A DNA stretch of 36,442 nt from a virus (lineage: Duplodnaviria; Caudoviricetes), in IMG/VR virus record IMGVR_UViG_3300046795_000023, positions 1 to 36,442 of that record. One strand, 5' to 3'. Made by a program: the position numbers and the translations under genes. Position 1 is the stretch's first letter. Every line of letters begins with the position of its first letter. The notes under the pieces were generated by a model. That model was not told the DNA's origin. It made no database searches and saw nothing but the letters and a program-made list of their open reading frames with translations. Positions 8,676 through 16,065 of this stretch are shown piece by piece.

Positions 8676-8935
8676 TTGTCCTCGGGATCCTCCGGGTGTT
8701 GGCGCAACTCGTGCCACTCCCGGAGGAGCGTGGCGAGCGCCTCGCGCTGCGCCGCAGTCAACGGCGGGCGCCGCCCGAGGAGCGCGTCGAGCGCTTGCCG
8801 AAACAGCTGACGGCGCCGCCACTTCAAGACGTAACACACGCCGGTCACTTCTTCGTCGGTGGCCGGATCGATCGCCACGTTGAACTGCGGCGCGCGCGCG
8901 GCGACGTCGTGCTGCCGCGGCCGGATAGGTATCAT
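8672..8935 (-). CDS. Putative ribbon-helix-helix (Arc/CopG-like) regulator
   Basis: QFNVAID strand followed by two helices (RRRQLFRQALDALL); divergent from xis-int. Confidence 0.5.
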   Translation of the reverse strand: MIPIRPRQHDVAARAPQFNVAIDPATDEEVTGVCYVLKWRRRQLFRQALDALLGRRPPLTAAQREALATLLREWHELRQHPEDPEDN

Positions 8936-9231
8936 GCGCTCTAGCGTGAGTCATCGATGATACCCTAGGCAAGACGGGACAGATAGTGATTTATCGGTGA
9001 CTATAAAGACTAGTCGAGCTAGATAAGGACGACACCCGAGCCTTACGCGATCTGATCGTCCGGGATTCACTGTAGACCGCGCGTTTTTGTTGCAAAACTA
9101 GTCGATTTGTACTTGCTAGTCGCGCTAGGTTTCTGAATACTGCGGTCTACCTCGTCCACACGCGACGGACGGGGGCGGTAGGGGCGTCGATCCCACGGCG
9201 TCTCGTCCGATCCGCTGCTTCTGGAGGTCCT
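8936..9231. promoter_or_regulatory. AT-richer divergent control region with CTAGTCG repeats
   Basis: CTAGTCG at 9010, 9098 and 9116; seven CTAG tetramers in 8941-9128; inverted repeat 9072-9080/9142-9150. Confidence 0.55.
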
Positions 9232-9465
9232 ATGTCCCGCATGCCGCGCGTTCGCATGCTCCCGAGTCCCGCCCCGTCGGCCAGCGCGCCGACCGATGAA
9301 CCCCTGCTCCCGACCAAAGACGCCGCCGCGCGCCTCAGTCTCGCCCCCGACACGCTGAAGCGCCTCGCGCGCCGCGGCGAGATCGCGAGCATTAAACTGG
9401 GCAAGGTGCGGCGCTTCGAGCCGGCGGTGATTCGCGCCTACATCGCCCAGCATCGCGTGGGCTAA
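9232..9465 (+). CDS. xis: Excisionase-like HTH (HTH_17/MerR-type) protein
   Basis: LLPTKDAAARLSLAPDTLKRLARRGEIASIKLGKVRRF; directly upstream of int; GGAGG RBS. Confidence 0.8.
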   Translation: MSRMPRVRMLPSPAPSASAPTDEPLLPTKDAAARLSLAPDTLKRLARRGEIASIKLGKVRRFEPAVIRAYIAQHRVG

Positions 9466-9468
9466 CGC

Positions 9469-10674
9469 GTGAAAGAGCCGTTCCGCCTCTATCGCCGCTG
9501 CGAGAAGGACGGTAAAAAGCACCGCTGCCCGGCGTGGCCGGCGTGCGCGTGCGACTGGTACGACCGCCCGACGCGCCCCGACGGCCGCCGCCCGTGGGTG
9601 CATCTGCCGCACACGGCGGGCAGCAAGGAGCTCGCGTATCGCCTCGCGCTCAAGGCGCGCCAGGACGCGCAGCAGCTGGCCGCCGGGCTCGTCGCGGCGC
9701 CGAAAGCCCCCCTGCCGCGTCTGGGGGCCGCCGTGCGCGCGTATTGCGCGACCCCTAGCGTGCAGGCGCAGAAGACCTGTCGCAAGCTCGAAACGAACCT
9801 CGCGGGCTTTCTCGCCGTCGTGGGCGATCGGCCGCTCGACCAGATCACGGCCGCGCAGATCGACACCTGGCGCGCGGGGCTGCTCCTAAAGCGGTCGAAA
9901 AAGACCGGCGGGACGTGGTCGCGCAACACCGTCCAGCGCGTGTTCAACAGCGTGAAGGGGTTTTTCGCGTACGCCGTCGCGTCATGCGCGCTCGAGGCGA
10001 ACCCCTGCGCGCCGCTCGCCGACTGGAGCGCGGACCCGGCGCCGCGCCGGCTCTGGGCGCCCGATGAGCAGTGGCTGATTGACGTGCTGCCGCCCGCCTA
10101 CGGCCTGCCGCTCAAGATCGGGTTCTTGTGCGGCTGCCGGCGCGCCGAGGCGCTCGCGCTGACGCGCCATGACCTGTCGCCGAAGGGGTTCGTGTTCCCC
10201 GGCTCGTCGCCGAAGCTGGGCTGGATTGCGCTCCAGCGGAAAAAGCAGCGCGGCGCGCGCGTGAAGGTGCGGATTCCGATTGCGCTGGCGATTGTCGAGG
10301 AGCTGCGCGCGCTGATCGTCAGTCCGTTTCAGCAGTACGTGTTCGGCGACCCGGCGCCGTCCCCCGATGCGTGGTCGTCGCAACTCACGCGGCGCATTCG
10401 GCGGCTCGGCACCACGTATTGTCTGGAGACGCGCGGCCTGTCGATGCACTCGATGCGGCACACGGCAACGACCACCATGCAAGACCTGCCCGGCGTGAGC
10501 GCGCAGACCGCGCGGAACATGGGCGGCTGGACGACGACGCGCATGGTCGAAACCTACAGCTCGCCCGCCGAGGCGTCGCTACAGGTCGCGGCGATGGGCC
10601 TCGCGGCGCGCTGGAAGCCGCGTAAGCCGAAGGGGCTGACGAAGGCCGCGCCGGCGGCGAGGAAGCGAGCCTAG
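9469..10674 (+). CDS. int: Tyrosine integrase
   Basis: GCRRAE (Arg I), HSMRHT (H-x-x-R), GGW..TRM.ETY (Trp/Tyr); SAM-like core-binding region. Confidence 0.9.
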   Translation: MKEPFRLYRRCEKDGKKHRCPAWPACACDWYDRPTRPDGRRPWVHLPHTAGSKELAYRLALKARQDAQQLAAGLVAAPKAPLPRLGAAVRAYCATPSVQAQKTCRKLETNLAGFLAVVGDRPLDQITAAQIDTWRAGLLLKRSKKTGGTWSRNTVQRVFNSVKGFFAYAVASCALEANPCAPLADWSADPAPRRLWAPDEQWLIDVLPPAYGLPLKIGFLCGCRRAEALALTRHDLSPKGFVFPGSSPKLGWIALQRKKQRGARVKVRIPIALAIVEELRALIVSPFQQYVFGDPAPSPDAWSSQLTRRIRRLGTTYCLETRGLSMHSMRHTATTTMQDLPGVSAQTARNMGGWTTTRMVETYSSPAEASLQVAAMGLAARWKPRKPKGLTKAAPAARKRA

Positions 10675-10676
10675 CG

Positions 10677-10994
10677 ATGCAGGATCGCCCGACCTACTAC
10701 GTCCTGAACGCCGACGGCGACCCGTGGCCGGTCGACATGCTGACGTGGGCGCAATGGTTCGAGGACGGAGACCGGCGGCGGATCGCGCTCGACACCTTCC
10801 CGGATGGGCGGCTCGTTTCGACGGTGTTTCTCGGTCTCGATCACAGCTGGGGTGATGGTCCCCCGCTGCTGTTTGAAACGATGGTCTTTCTCAACGGCGA
10901 CAGTGTGGACTGCCAGCGCTACGCGACCCGCGCCGAGGCGCTCGCGGGCCATGCGCGCGCCATCGCCGCGGCGGAATCGGGAGCCACGCCATGA
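10677..10994 (+). CDS. Conserved phage hypothetical protein
   Basis: VSTVFLGLDH...PPLLFETMVF...RYAT..EA.AGH motif recurrent in phages. Confidence 0.75.
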   Translation: MQDRPTYYVLNADGDPWPVDMLTWAQWFEDGDRRRIALDTFPDGRLVSTVFLGLDHSWGDGPPLLFETMVFLNGDSVDCQRYATRAEALAGHARAIAAAESGATP

Positions 10995-11521
10995 CGCGCC
11001 CTGTCCCCCCGGCTGTCCCCCCACCTGTCCCCCAAAGCGCCGCGCCGGTGAGGCTGGAATCGGTCGCCGAGTCCTTTGCGAACTATCGCGCCCGGGTGCT
11101 CCCGCCGCACGCGTCCGAGGTGCAGGTGGTCGAATGCCGGCGCGCCTTTTACGCGGGCGTCTACATCCTGCTCGCGAACCTCGCCACGGCGTTGACGCCC
11201 GAGACGGACGATGACGCGGGGGTCGAGGCGCTGGAGCGGCTCAAGGCCGAATGCGAAGCGTTCGCGGCCAATGGGGGCATGCCCCTGCCACACGCGACCC
11301 CGCCCGAGCCGCCCAACTTTCAGACCACGGACGACGAAGCGGTGCGCCCGATCGCGAAAGACATCGGGCGGATCATCGCCGGACAGTTGCCCGACGGGTG
11401 GGGCTTCACGCTGCTGCTGTTCACATTCGGGCCGGGCGGGGCGCTGTCGTATATCTCAAACGCGGACCGGAGCGACATGCTGCTGACGATGAAAGAGTTC
11501 ATCACGAGGCAAACGCAATGA
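10991..11521 (+). CDS. Hypothetical phage protein (two small domains)
   Basis: Q..E.RRAFYAG domain followed by GWGFTLLLF.FG..G..SYISNA.R.DM domain; ATGA coupling. Confidence 0.7.
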   Translation: MTRPVPPAVPPPVPQSAAPVRLESVAESFANYRARVLPPHASEVQVVECRRAFYAGVYILLANLATALTPETDDDAGVEALERLKAECEAFAANGGMPLPHATPPEPPNFQTTDDEAVRPIAKDIGRIIAGQLPDGWGFTLLLFTFGPGGALSYISNADRSDMLLTMKEFITRQTQ

Positions 11522-11858
11522 GCCCCGTCGTCTGCCGGACCGGCGCAGATCGGGGCCTGTCGGGCTGGTTCAGTGTCCCCCCTGCTGTCCCCCGAGCCTC
11601 GCACCCGATCCGCCGAATCGCGCTAAGTCCTTTGTTTTGTTGGCGTCCCCAGTGGGATTCGAACCCACGTTTTGGCCTTGAAAGGGCCAAAATAGCCTTT
11701 TCCAGCACGGCTATTGTCTGCCCCGGTCTGCCCCGATTAACCCCGCTAACCACTAGACATCTCGCGAGTTGCACACCTACGCGCCGTGTGGCTGTGCGGG
11801 ACTGTGCGGGCCGCAGGATGGCGCACGATGGCGGTTCAGTGTCCCCCTGGCTGTCCCC
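11002..11858 (+). repeat. Integrase arm-type direct repeats TGTCCCC (12-bp period)
   Basis: Copies at 11002/11014/11026, 11574/11586 and 11840/11852. 11567-11592 and 11833-11858 match at 24/26 and flank the att core. Confidence 0.75.
11641..11689 (-). other. attP core = 3' half of tRNA-Glu(TTC)
   Basis: Reverse complement TGGCC-CT-TTC-AA-GGCCA AAAC GTGGG-TTCGAAT-CCCAC TGGGGAC-G-CCA gives anticodon arm, T arm, acceptor strand and CCA, with no D arm or 5' half. Confidence 0.9.
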
Positions 11859-11907
11859 TAAAATAAACTCAGTTAAGTCAGTTACAAACTGGGCCATACT
11901 GGGAGGT

Positions 11908-12309
11908 ATGGGTCAACACTTCGTCCGTCCGTCTCGCGCGGCGCTCCGCGCGCGCGCCGCCCTCGTCGCCCCCCTCCTTGCGGACGGCCTCACGCCGATC
12001 GAGATCAGCCGCCGCACGGGGATCTCGCCTCAGTGGATCTCAGACTTCCGGCGCCGCCACCGCGCTGCCGTGGACGACGGAAAGCAGCGGCGCGGGCGTG
12101 ATGCGCGGGCGCGCGAGGCGCTCGAAGTCCGCCGGGTCGCCGCCATGCAGGCGTACGAGGACGGGATGGGCCAAGCCGCCATCGCGCGCCGCTTTCAGGT
12201 GTCCGCTATGACGGTCTGCCGGTGGGTCAAGGCGCTGACGGCGGGCGGCGACGCCGCGCTAAAACGAGCGGCCACCACGGGGCGACCCCCACGAAAGGCG
12301 CACCCATGA
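11908..12309 (+). CDS. Double-HTH DNA-binding protein (second HTH resembles the IS630 transposase N-terminus)
   Basis: GLTPIEISRRTGISPQWIS and ALEVRR..AM..YEDGMGQAAIARRFQVSAMTVCRWV....GG.AAL......GRPP; no DDE domain. Confidence 0.7.
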   Translation: MGQHFVRPSRAALRARAALVAPLLADGLTPIEISRRTGISPQWISDFRRRHRAAVDDGKQRRGRDARAREALEVRRVAAMQAYEDGMGQAAIARRFQVSAMTVCRWVKALTAGGDAALKRAATTGRPPRKAHP

Positions 12310-12769
12310 CCCGCCGCCGCGCCGCGCGCCCCGCGCCGATGCCGCGCACACTTCGCGTTATTCCGTTCGACGAATGGAAGGCTGAAGGGGAGCGGCGATT
12401 CGGCCCGGACGTGACGAAATGGCGATTCGTCTGCCCTGGCTGTAACAACGAGCAATCCGTTGAGGACTTTCGGCCGTTCAAGGATCACGGCGCGACGCCG
12501 AGCAGCGCGTACGGCCAGTGCCTCGGACGGTTCCTGCCGCGGGCGCAGACGCGTTCATGGGCGAATGATAAGCCGCGTCCCGGTGTGCGCTGCGACTATA
12601 CGGCGTCCGGCTTGCTCTGTCTCTGCACGACGCGCGTGCAACCATCAAGCGACGTCACGGCTGATCAAGGTCCACAACCAATTCCCGTGTTTGAGTTCGG
12701 GAAACCTGCCGCGGCCGGCGCGCGCGAGGCCCACCCATGACCCGCCGCCGCGCCGCGCGCCGCGCGCCG
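12296..12769 (+). repeat. 43-bp direct repeats flanking the VVA0879-like gene
   Basis: 12296-12338 vs 12727-12769, 41/43 identical; each spans a stop/start junction (AHP*/MTRRRAAR). Confidence 0.85.
12306..12740 (+). CDS. VVA0879-like Cys-rich phage protein
   Basis: EWKAEGERRFGPD...WRFVCPGC...QS.EDF...CLGR...CDY...GL. Confidence 0.7.
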   Translation: MTRRRAARPAPMPRTLRVIPFDEWKAEGERRFGPDVTKWRFVCPGCNNEQSVEDFRPFKDHGATPSSAYGQCLGRFLPRAQTRSWANDKPRPGVRCDYTASGLLCLCTTRVQPSSDVTADQGPQPIPVFEFGKPAAAGAREAHP

Positions 12770-12946
12770 GCCCCGTCCCCGACGCAGTACTGGCTGCTCG
12801 CGACGGGCGGCGAGCTGGCGCGCCTGCTCGCGGGCGAGGTGGCCGACGCGCTGCGGACGCAGGCGATCACGCTGCTGAAGCGCGACGCGCTCGAGAGTGA
12901 CGCGCTGTATCTGGCACGGCTGGCGGATGTCGAGGCGACGCGATGA
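12737..12946 (+). CDS. Hypothetical protein
   Basis: 69 aa; ATGA coupling at both ends. Confidence 0.65.
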   Translation: MTRRRAARRAPAPSPTQYWLLATGGELARLLAGEVADALRTQAITLLKRDALESDALYLARLADVEATR

Positions 12947-13956
12947 CGGTGGGCTCGCTGTTCGCGGGGATCGGCGGCTTCGACCTCGGGCTGACTCGCG
13001 CCGGGTTCGAGATCGCCTGGCAAGTCGAGATCGATCCGTGGTGTCGGGCCGTGCTCGCGCAGCACTGGCCGGAGGTGACGCGCTATGACGACGTTCGAGA
13101 CTGTCACGGCCCTTTGGCCGTCACCCACGAAGGCCGATGGCGAACGCGCGAGCAAGATGTACCCGGGGAATCACAACCTCACGCTACTGGGCGCGGTGAG
13201 CGGAGCCGTGATTGCCCGACCTACCTCGCCCCAGTTGACGTTATTTGCGGAGGCTTTCCCTGCCAGCCGCACTCGCTCGCTGGCCGACGTGCCGGCAGCG
13301 ACGACAGCCGCGACCTCTGGCCCGAGTTCGCCCGACTCATTCGCGAGTGTCAACCCCGATGGGTCGTGGCGGAAAACGTGCCAGGGCTACTCTCAAGTGA
13401 CGCTGGACGGTTCTTTGGCGCGGTTCTCGGAGACCTGGCCGCGTGCGGGTATGACGCGGAGTGGGATTGCTTACCGGCGAGTGCCTTCGGCGCCCCTCAC
13501 CGACGCGACCGCGTCTGGCTCGTGGCCTACCCCGCATGCGCAGGATGGAGAGCGGGGCGCGCAGGACGGCCACGAACGGCTGGCGGGTGGGCATTGTCTG
13601 ACGCTGCGCGATCAGGTGGTGACGGAACAGCGCAGGCGTGTGCGAATGTGCCGACGAATGGCCTGCTGGGCCGCGTGATCCACGAATCTTCACCACCATC
13701 ACCGGCCAATGGCGCGAGTGGGAGCCTGAATCCAACATTCGTCGAGTGGCTCATGGGATACCCGCTCGGGTGGACCGCCTTAAAGGACTGGGCAACGCGA
13801 TCGTCCCGCAAATCGCGCAATGGATCGGTGAGCGCATCCTCGCCGCCGACGGGCGAGACAGAGCAGACGGCGCGGCGGCGCGTCAGCGGGGATGAGATCC
13901 CGCTGCGTCGGCGATCCGGCCGGCGTGAGAAGCGCGCCGCCGCGCCGCCGGCGTGA
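12943..13956 (+). CDS. C5-cytosine DNA methyltransferase, motifs I-VIII; frameshifted at ~13620 into the beta-frame C-terminus
   Basis: SLFAGIGG (I), GGFPCQ (IV), ENVPG (VI), HRRDRVW (VIII). It then reads LNPTFVEWLMGYPLGWT (IX-like) and lacks motif X. Confidence 0.85.
   Translation: MTVGSLFAGIGGFDLGLTRAGFEIAWQVEIDPWCRAVLAQHWPEVTRYDDVRDCHGPLAVTHEGRWRTREQDVPGESQPHATGRGERSRDCPTYLAPVDVICGGFPCQPHSLAGRRAGSDDSRDLWPEFARLIRECQPRWVVAENVPGLLSSDAGRFFGAVLGDLAACGYDAEWDCLPASAFGAPHRRDRVWLVAYPACAGWRAGRAGRPRTAGGWALSDAARSGGDGTAQACANVPTNGLLGRVIHESSPPSPANGASGSLNPTFVEWLMGYPLGWTALKDWATRSSRKSRNGSVSASSPPTGETEQTARRRVSGDEIPLRRRSGRREKRAAAPPA
13085..13678 (+). CDS. Nested alternative-frame MTase beta subunit (TRD-like WP(S/T)P repeats), frameshifted
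   Basis: +1 frame inside the MTase gene; WPSPTKADGER...LTLLGAV and WPTPHAQDGER...LTLRDQV repeats; FSETWPRAGMTRSG motif. Confidence 0.6.
   Translation: MTTFETVTALWPSPTKADGERASKMYPGNHNLTLLGAVSGAVIARPTSPQLTLFAEAFPASRTRSLADVPAATTAATSGPSSPDSFASVNPDGSWRKTCQGYSQVTLDGSLARFSETWPRAGMTRSGIAYRRVPSAPLTDATASGSWPTPHAQDGERGAQDGHERLAGGHCLTLRDQVVTEQRRRVRMCRRMACWAA
13638..13895 (+). CDS. MTase C-terminal fragment carrying motif X
   Basis: RRVAHGIPARVDRLKGLGNAIVPQIAQWIGERIL in a third frame; an independent start is uncertain. Confidence 0.6.
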   Translation: MCECADEWPAGPRDPRIFTTITGQWREWEPESNIRRVAHGIPARVDRLKGLGNAIVPQIAQWIGERILAADGRDRADGAAARQRG

Positions 13957-13983
13957 ACGGTGAACAGGAGCAGCGAGGTGACG

Positions 13984-14367
13984 ATGACCGCGCGACACAC
14001 GGCGTTGTATTGGTGGATCGATCGCTGGCGCAAGAGCTCGGCCTACATCGATCTGACGCTCGAGGAGCAGGGCGCCTATCGCAATCTGCTCGACGAGGCG
14101 ACGCTGCGCGGCGGCGCGATTCCGGATAATCCCGAGGTCTTAGCGAAAGCCTGCGGGGATCCGCGGCGCTGGGCGAAGGTGCGGGCCGTGGTGCTCGCGC
14201 GGTTCACGCTGACGCCGGAGGGGTGGCGCCATGAGACGCTCGACGCCGTGCTGCAGGAGACGGATCGGCGGGCCGCGAAGCAGCGCACGTATCGGGCGGC
14301 GGGGCACGGAGCTGGTAACGGCGGCGGTAACGGCGGCGGTAACGCACGCGGTAACGCGACGAGGTAA
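13984..14367 (+). CDS. DUF1376/YdaU-like replication initiator (N-terminal wHTH), ending within the iteron array
   Basis: WWIDRW....DLTLEEQGAYRNLLD....GG.IPD....LA...; GAGGTG RBS; C-terminal GN repeats. Confidence 0.75.
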   Translation: MTARHTALYWWIDRWRKSSAYIDLTLEEQGAYRNLLDEATLRGGAIPDNPEVLAKACGDPRRWAKVRAVVLARFTLTPEGWRHETLDAVLQETDRRAAKQRTYRAAGHGAGNGGGNGGGNARGNATR

Positions 14368-14530
14368 ACGGCGGTCACGCAGCGGTCACGCGGAGGGTAA
14401 CGAGGTGGTCACTTTCGCGGTAACAAAATCGACCTCCGGATCCGGATCTAAGAAAGATCTAGCGAATTTGTACGATCTCTTCTCTTCCTCACTCGTCGTA
14501 CTACTAACAATTAGAGCAGGCGCTGCGCGC
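14302..14530. promoter_or_regulatory. Putative replication origin: GGT(A/C)AC iterons plus AT-rich tract
   Basis: GGTAAC/GGTCAC at 14314, 14326, 14338, 14350, 14373, 14384, 14396, 14407 and 14419 (mostly 11-12-bp spacing), followed by AT-rich 14440-14515. Confidence 0.7.
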
Positions 14531-14559
14531 CGATTCTCGTGTTTCTGAGAGGGGAAAAC

Positions 14560-14868
14560 ATGAACGTGGCGCTCATTGCGGCAGTCGTTCACGAGGTCTT
14601 AAAGACCGGCTCGTGTGACACGTTGTTCGACCTCGCGGAGACAGTCAAATGCCGGTGCGCGCGGCTCAAGGTGCCGTATGACGCGGGCGGCGTCACCGAG
14701 GCGCTGCGGCTGGTCGCGCGGACGCGGACGCTGCCGGGCGTCAAGCCGATCAGGCGTATCACGCCTATCGAGCGGGTCGAGCCGTTCGTGCCGCCCTCGC
14801 GCACGGAAGCGGTCGCCATCCTGGCGCGCCTCTACGCGCAGCTCGAGGCCCGCGATGCCTGCGGCTAA
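14560..14868 (+). CDS. Hypothetical protein (replication module)
   Basis: GAGGGG RBS; 102 aa. Confidence 0.65.
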   Translation: MNVALIAAVVHEVLKTGSCDTLFDLAETVKCRCARLKVPYDAGGVTEALRLVARTRTLPGVKPIRRITPIERVEPFVPPSRTEAVAILARLYAQLEARDACG

Positions 14869-15181
14869 CGCCCCCTTCGCGTGCCCCGGCTGCGGCGAGG
14901 AGCGCCTGGTCGAGGTCGATGCGGCGTCGCGCGGCTGGTTCTGCCAGGTGTGCGGGCGGGCCGGCGTCGTGCCGGTCGCGTCGCTGTCGTCCGCGCCGCC
15001 GGGGCAACTGCACGCGCTGCTGCTCGCGCTCGTGCAGCATCATCTGGCGCCGGGGACGTGGCAGGTCGTCGCGATTGCGCCGCTGACGCAGTGGCCGCGC
15101 GGGCTGCAGAAGGAGCTGACGCAGACGCTGGGCGCGCTGCCGGAGTCGGTGGTGCTCGTGCTGGAAAGGACGCCGTCATGA
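14855..15181 (+). CDS. Zinc-ribbon hypothetical protein
   Basis: CPGC...CQVC. Confidence 0.6.
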   Translation: MPAANAPFACPGCGEERLVEVDAASRGWFCQVCGRAGVVPVASLSSAPPGQLHALLLALVQHHLAPGTWQVVAIAPLTQWPRGLQKELTQTLGALPESVVLVLERTPS

Positions 15182-15795
15182 TGCTGCTGGTGTCCGGGGC
15201 GACGCGCACGCCGCGATCGGCGACGGTGGGGCATCTCATTGTGCCGCGGCAGTGGAACGACCCCGCCGCGCTCGACCTATCGGTGCCGTGGGCGATGGAC
15301 AACGGCGCGTTTTCAGGCTTCGAGCCCGGCGCCTACGTCCGCATGCTCGAGGCGTATCAGGCGTATCAAACGTCTCGCTGCCTCTTTGTCACGGCGCCCG
15401 ATGTGGTCGGGGACGCGGCGGCCACGCTGGCGCGCTGGCCGTTCTGGGCGCAGCTCCTGCGCGGGCTGGGGTGGGTGCCGGCGTTTGTGGCGCAGGACGG
15501 GCTCACGCCGGACCGGGTGCCGAATCTGGCACATGGGCGGGGGGCGTTGTTTATCGGGGGCACGACGGCCTACAAGGAAAGTGCGGACGTGCGGGCGCTC
15601 TGTGCCTATGCGAAGAGCCGCGGGATCTGGGTGCATTGGGGGCGCGTGAACGGGAAGCGCCGCTACGAACTGGCGCTGAAGGCGGGGGTCGATTCGATCG
15701 ACGGGACCGGCTTCAGCCGGTATCCCGCCGTCAACATCCCCCTCGTGGACGCGTGGGATCAGGCGATTCAGCAGCAGCCGGAGTTGGCGCTATGA
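15178..15795 (+). CDS. TGT-fold (queuine/archaeosine tRNA-ribosyltransferase-like, DpdA-like) base-exchange enzyme
   Basis: WAMDNGAFS, APDVVGDA..T, AFVAQDG, LFIGG, VHWGRVN and DSIDGTG motifs. Confidence 0.65.
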   Translation: MMLLVSGATRTPRSATVGHLIVPRQWNDPAALDLSVPWAMDNGAFSGFEPGAYVRMLEAYQAYQTSRCLFVTAPDVVGDAAATLARWPFWAQLLRGLGWVPAFVAQDGLTPDRVPNLAHGRGALFIGGTTAYKESADVRALCAYAKSRGIWVHWGRVNGKRRYELALKAGVDSIDGTGFSRYPAVNIPLVDAWDQAIQQQPELAL

Positions 15796-16064
15796 CCTGG
15801 TGGCGCCTCTCCTACGATGTGCGGCGCCCGCATTGGACCGCCTACGGCCGCGTGGCGTTTCTCCGGGCGCGGACGGGCGCGGACGCCGAGGCGCGCGCGT
15901 GGCGGTTGATGGAACGGCTGCATCCTGGGGCCGAGATCCTGCGGGTCGCCGTGACGGCGAGTGACCGCGCGGCGCGTCTGCGCTTCTGGCGGCGCGTGCA
16001 AGCGAATTGGACGTGGAAACGCAACGTCGCGACTGGCGTGCCGAATGACCGGCGGAGTCTCTAG
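15792..16064 (+). CDS. Hypothetical basic protein
   Basis: 90 aa; ATGA coupling. Confidence 0.55.
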   Translation: MTWWRLSYDVRRPHWTAYGRVAFLRARTGADAEARAWRLMERLHPGAEILRVAVTASDRAARLRFWRRVQANWTWKRNVATGVPNDRRSL

Positions 16065-16065
16065 C

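Noticed and set aside
11641-11689. Functional phage tRNA-Glu gene
   Set aside because: Only the anticodon arm to CCA is present, with no D arm or 5' acceptor strand. It is an attP core.
11908-12309. Intact IS630 insertion sequence
   Set aside because: No catalytic DDE domain or terminal inverted repeats are visible.
14302-14424. CRISPR-like or mini-array repeats
   Set aside because: 6-bp repeats with 4-7-bp spacers inside a replication initiator fit iterons; no cas genes.
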